DNA of 64,000 nucleotides from an uncultured Clostridia bacterium (GTDB lineage Bacteria > Bacillota > Clostridia > Christensenellales > CAG-917). The stretch covers positions 322,621-386,620 of the forward strand of contig CAKQGN010000001.1 in NCBI GenBank assembly GCA_934233745.1, given 5' to 3'. Made by a program: the position numbers and the translations under genes. The notes beneath the pieces are model-generated. The model was not told the DNA's origin and made no database searches. It saw nothing but the letters and a program-made list of their open reading frames with translations. Below are positions 62,498 to 64,000 of this stretch, one piece after another; the first letter of the stretch is position 1, and each line of letters begins with the position of its first letter.

Positions 62498-63463
62498 TTA
62501 CCTTTTGATTAGACTGACAAATTTAACTCTTTTATTTGTCGACCAGTCCATGATATAGCAATAGATACCGTTATGTTTATTGGGGGTGTTTGTTTTACAA
62601 CCTTCACATTCCATTTTGTGATGCTCCTCGCCGAACAGCGTATATACTGTTTCGTCAACGGATTTGCAACTGTTTGGAATTACATATTTCAAACCGTCCA
62701 TTTGCCAAATGTTCCAAGAAATTATCTCTGCGAAGTCAATGAGGTATTCGGTGATGGGAGAAAGCCCGAATTTATCTGTGTAGTAGTCGATAAAAGTGCG
62801 TAAAAGATTTTCACGAGCAAGCAGAACATTGTCGCCTTGCCAATCGAATCCATAGACACTTTTGAACGCAATTTTTGCCCATTCAACCCATTCTTGCTCG
62901 CCATCGACGTTTTCAGAAATGACGCGAAGTTTTCTGTCAAGTAACCCGATTCTTTCTTTTATAGCAATTATATTGCCGGTTACAGTATCATAACGACTGA
63001 CAAGATAAGGAGCTTCTCCACAAGTTATCTCAAGGCGATTTTCTTTAACGTAGTCTTGCCATGATTTTCCTTCGGGGAAAGTTATTCTCTCAAGATTAAC
63101 AATCCACCCTTTATCTGTTTCGGTGTTGAATACATTTCCTTTTCCAAACCAAGCATCATCAATAAGGTTATTTTGCGCATTACAAATCCATGATGGGGTA
63201 AAAACCTCGGCTTTGTCTTTAACACGTGATGCTTGTTCTTTTTTTGATTTTTCAACACGCGGCTTTATAACGCTGCCATTGCGTTTTATGATTGCATTGC
63301 TTGTTATATGATCGTATGATTGGTATCCAACTCCTCTTGACGCGTAATTATCTGTCGCCCAAATCAAGTTCTTTTTGGACGAGTGGTCTATAAGCAGTGC
63401 TTCGAGCAACTTGCTGTCAAGTTTAAAAATATTCGTTTCCTTGATGTCAATATTATAGTTCAT
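62498..63463 (-). CDS. MTase-fold-like protein with degenerate motifs, function unknown (first gene of the minus-strand operon)
   Basis: KAEVFTPSWICNAQNN resembles the xVxTP block of gamma-class MTases. LEITCGEAPYL resembles a degenerate motif I, and VYGFDWQGDNVLLARENL resembles motif II/III. No NPPY was found. The next gene starts 14 nt downstream. Confidence 0.4.
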   Translation of the reverse strand: MNYNIDIKETNIFKLDSKLLEALLIDHSSKKNLIWATDNYASRGVGYQSYDHITSNAIIKRNGSVIKPRVEKSKKEQASRVKDKAEVFTPSWICNAQNNLIDDAWFGKGNVFNTETDKGWIVNLERITFPEGKSWQDYVKENRLEITCGEAPYLVSRYDTVTGNIIAIKERIGLLDRKLRVISENVDGEQEWVEWAKIAFKSVYGFDWQGDNVLLARENLLRTFIDYYTDKFGLSPITEYLIDFAEIISWNIWQMDGLKYVIPNSCKSVDETVYTLFGEEHHKMECEGCKTNTPNKHNGIYCYIMDWSTNKRVKFVSLIKR

Positions 63464-63600
63464 TATTTATCCTCAATGCTAATCGGTAGGGAAGCGCAAT
63501 AGAAATGCACTGACTAACTATTAAAATGTATAATAACATAATAGACGCCAAAAATCAAGATGGTTAGCAGTTGCGTTTAATAAAAGATAAGGCTTTTTAG

Positions 63601-64000
63601 ATTTGCCTGTTAGACGTGCCGTAGTCTTTGATACAAGTGCGCACGCGTACGCGCGCGCAAGACTACGGCACGTCTTTGCATAAAAACAAACCCAAATCCG
63701 CAAAAGGCGGCACGGAGCGGAGCGAGGTTTCGCGCTAACCCGCTTGGCGAAATCCTCGCTTATCCGCCATGCCGTTGCCGTCGCTTTTTCTTGCGGTTTT
63801 CTTGGGTATTTTGTATATTGCAAAATCTCGTTTGCCGTTTCGTTCTTTTGTGTTGCGTAGGCGTTGCACTATTGTTCCGCAATCATATTTTCATTATCAA
63901 ATTTGTGTTCAAATCACGTTCCGTTATTGTTTCAAATTTGTCCAAATCACGCACAACAGTGTTCTTGTTTGTTCATTCGTCTATGTTTACGATGTGTATT
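63601..64000 (+). repeat. R scaffold module, copy B (runs off window)
   Basis: Near-identical to 49238-49637. Includes the perfect 17-bp inverted repeat at 63612-63628 / 63659-63675 and the 38-bp core at 63610-63647. Confidence 0.85.

Noticed and set aside
1-64000. Search for tRNA, rRNA, tmRNA, riboswitch or group II intron signatures
   Set aside because: I could not recognise any cloverleaf-type, rRNA-like or intron domain V-like sequence by eye. A proper scan (tRNAscan-SE, Infernal/Rfam) is needed before treating their absence as established.

Overview
This 64-kb window is AT-rich with Firmicutes/Clostridia-style signals (AGGAGG-type RBSs, tightly packed and overlapping operons). I read it as the accessory region of a conjugative element, and almost all of it is defence-type cargo. 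At the left edge, on the minus strand, is a VirD4/TraG-type coupling protein. It runs off the window, so the ORF track missed it; I translated it by hand. On the + strand follow: an XRE regulator; a YbjN-like gene plus a TerY-P triad (vWA / PP2C / Ser-Thr kinase); a Zn-ribbon-TerD protein; and a Zn-ribbon-LRR-polytopic-Gly-rich protein. Next is a five-gene operon: a tandem-TIR/Sel1/~19x42-aa-TPR giant, a ClpP paralog lacking all three catalytic residues, an intact ClpP, a channel-like TM + TrkA-N/RCK + RyR-domain protein, and a wHTH protein. Then comes a PHP / TIR-NACHT-TPR / MBL-fold operon. From ~24.98 kb onward the window is three cargo blocks separated by repeated scaffold DNA: an L module (37290-37900 degraded, 50469-51573 intact, carrying a sigma-r4-type HTH gene) and an R module (49238-49786, 63601-64000+, plus a diverged inverted copy at 24984-25830). 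A large-serine-recombinase C-terminal remnant lies at ~49787-50215. Cargo 1 holds a mini-DnaE-like ORF, a WYL regulator + HNH-like + DUF2779-type nuclease, and an AAA+ / metallophosphoesterase / cREC-like cluster. Cargo 2 holds a Type I R-M system (hsdM, AbiJ-like, hsdS, TM protein, hsdR), two unknown genes and a Fic protein. Cargo 3 holds an AbiJ/HEPN-like gene, a helicase-IV-like protein with Zn-ribbons and HRDC, and a minus-strand four-gene operon (MTase-like, T5orf172-SF2 helicase-N6-MTase giant, TcmP-like, CX3CX3C radical-SAM-like). I recognised no rRNA, tRNA or CRISPR. The best candidates for undescribed systems are the TIR/ClpP-pair/RyR-channel operon, the PHP/TIR-NACHT/MBL operon, and the helicase-MTase/TcmP/rSAM operon. 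All domain calls come from motif reading by eye, with no searches run. Motif coordinates may be off by a few nt.
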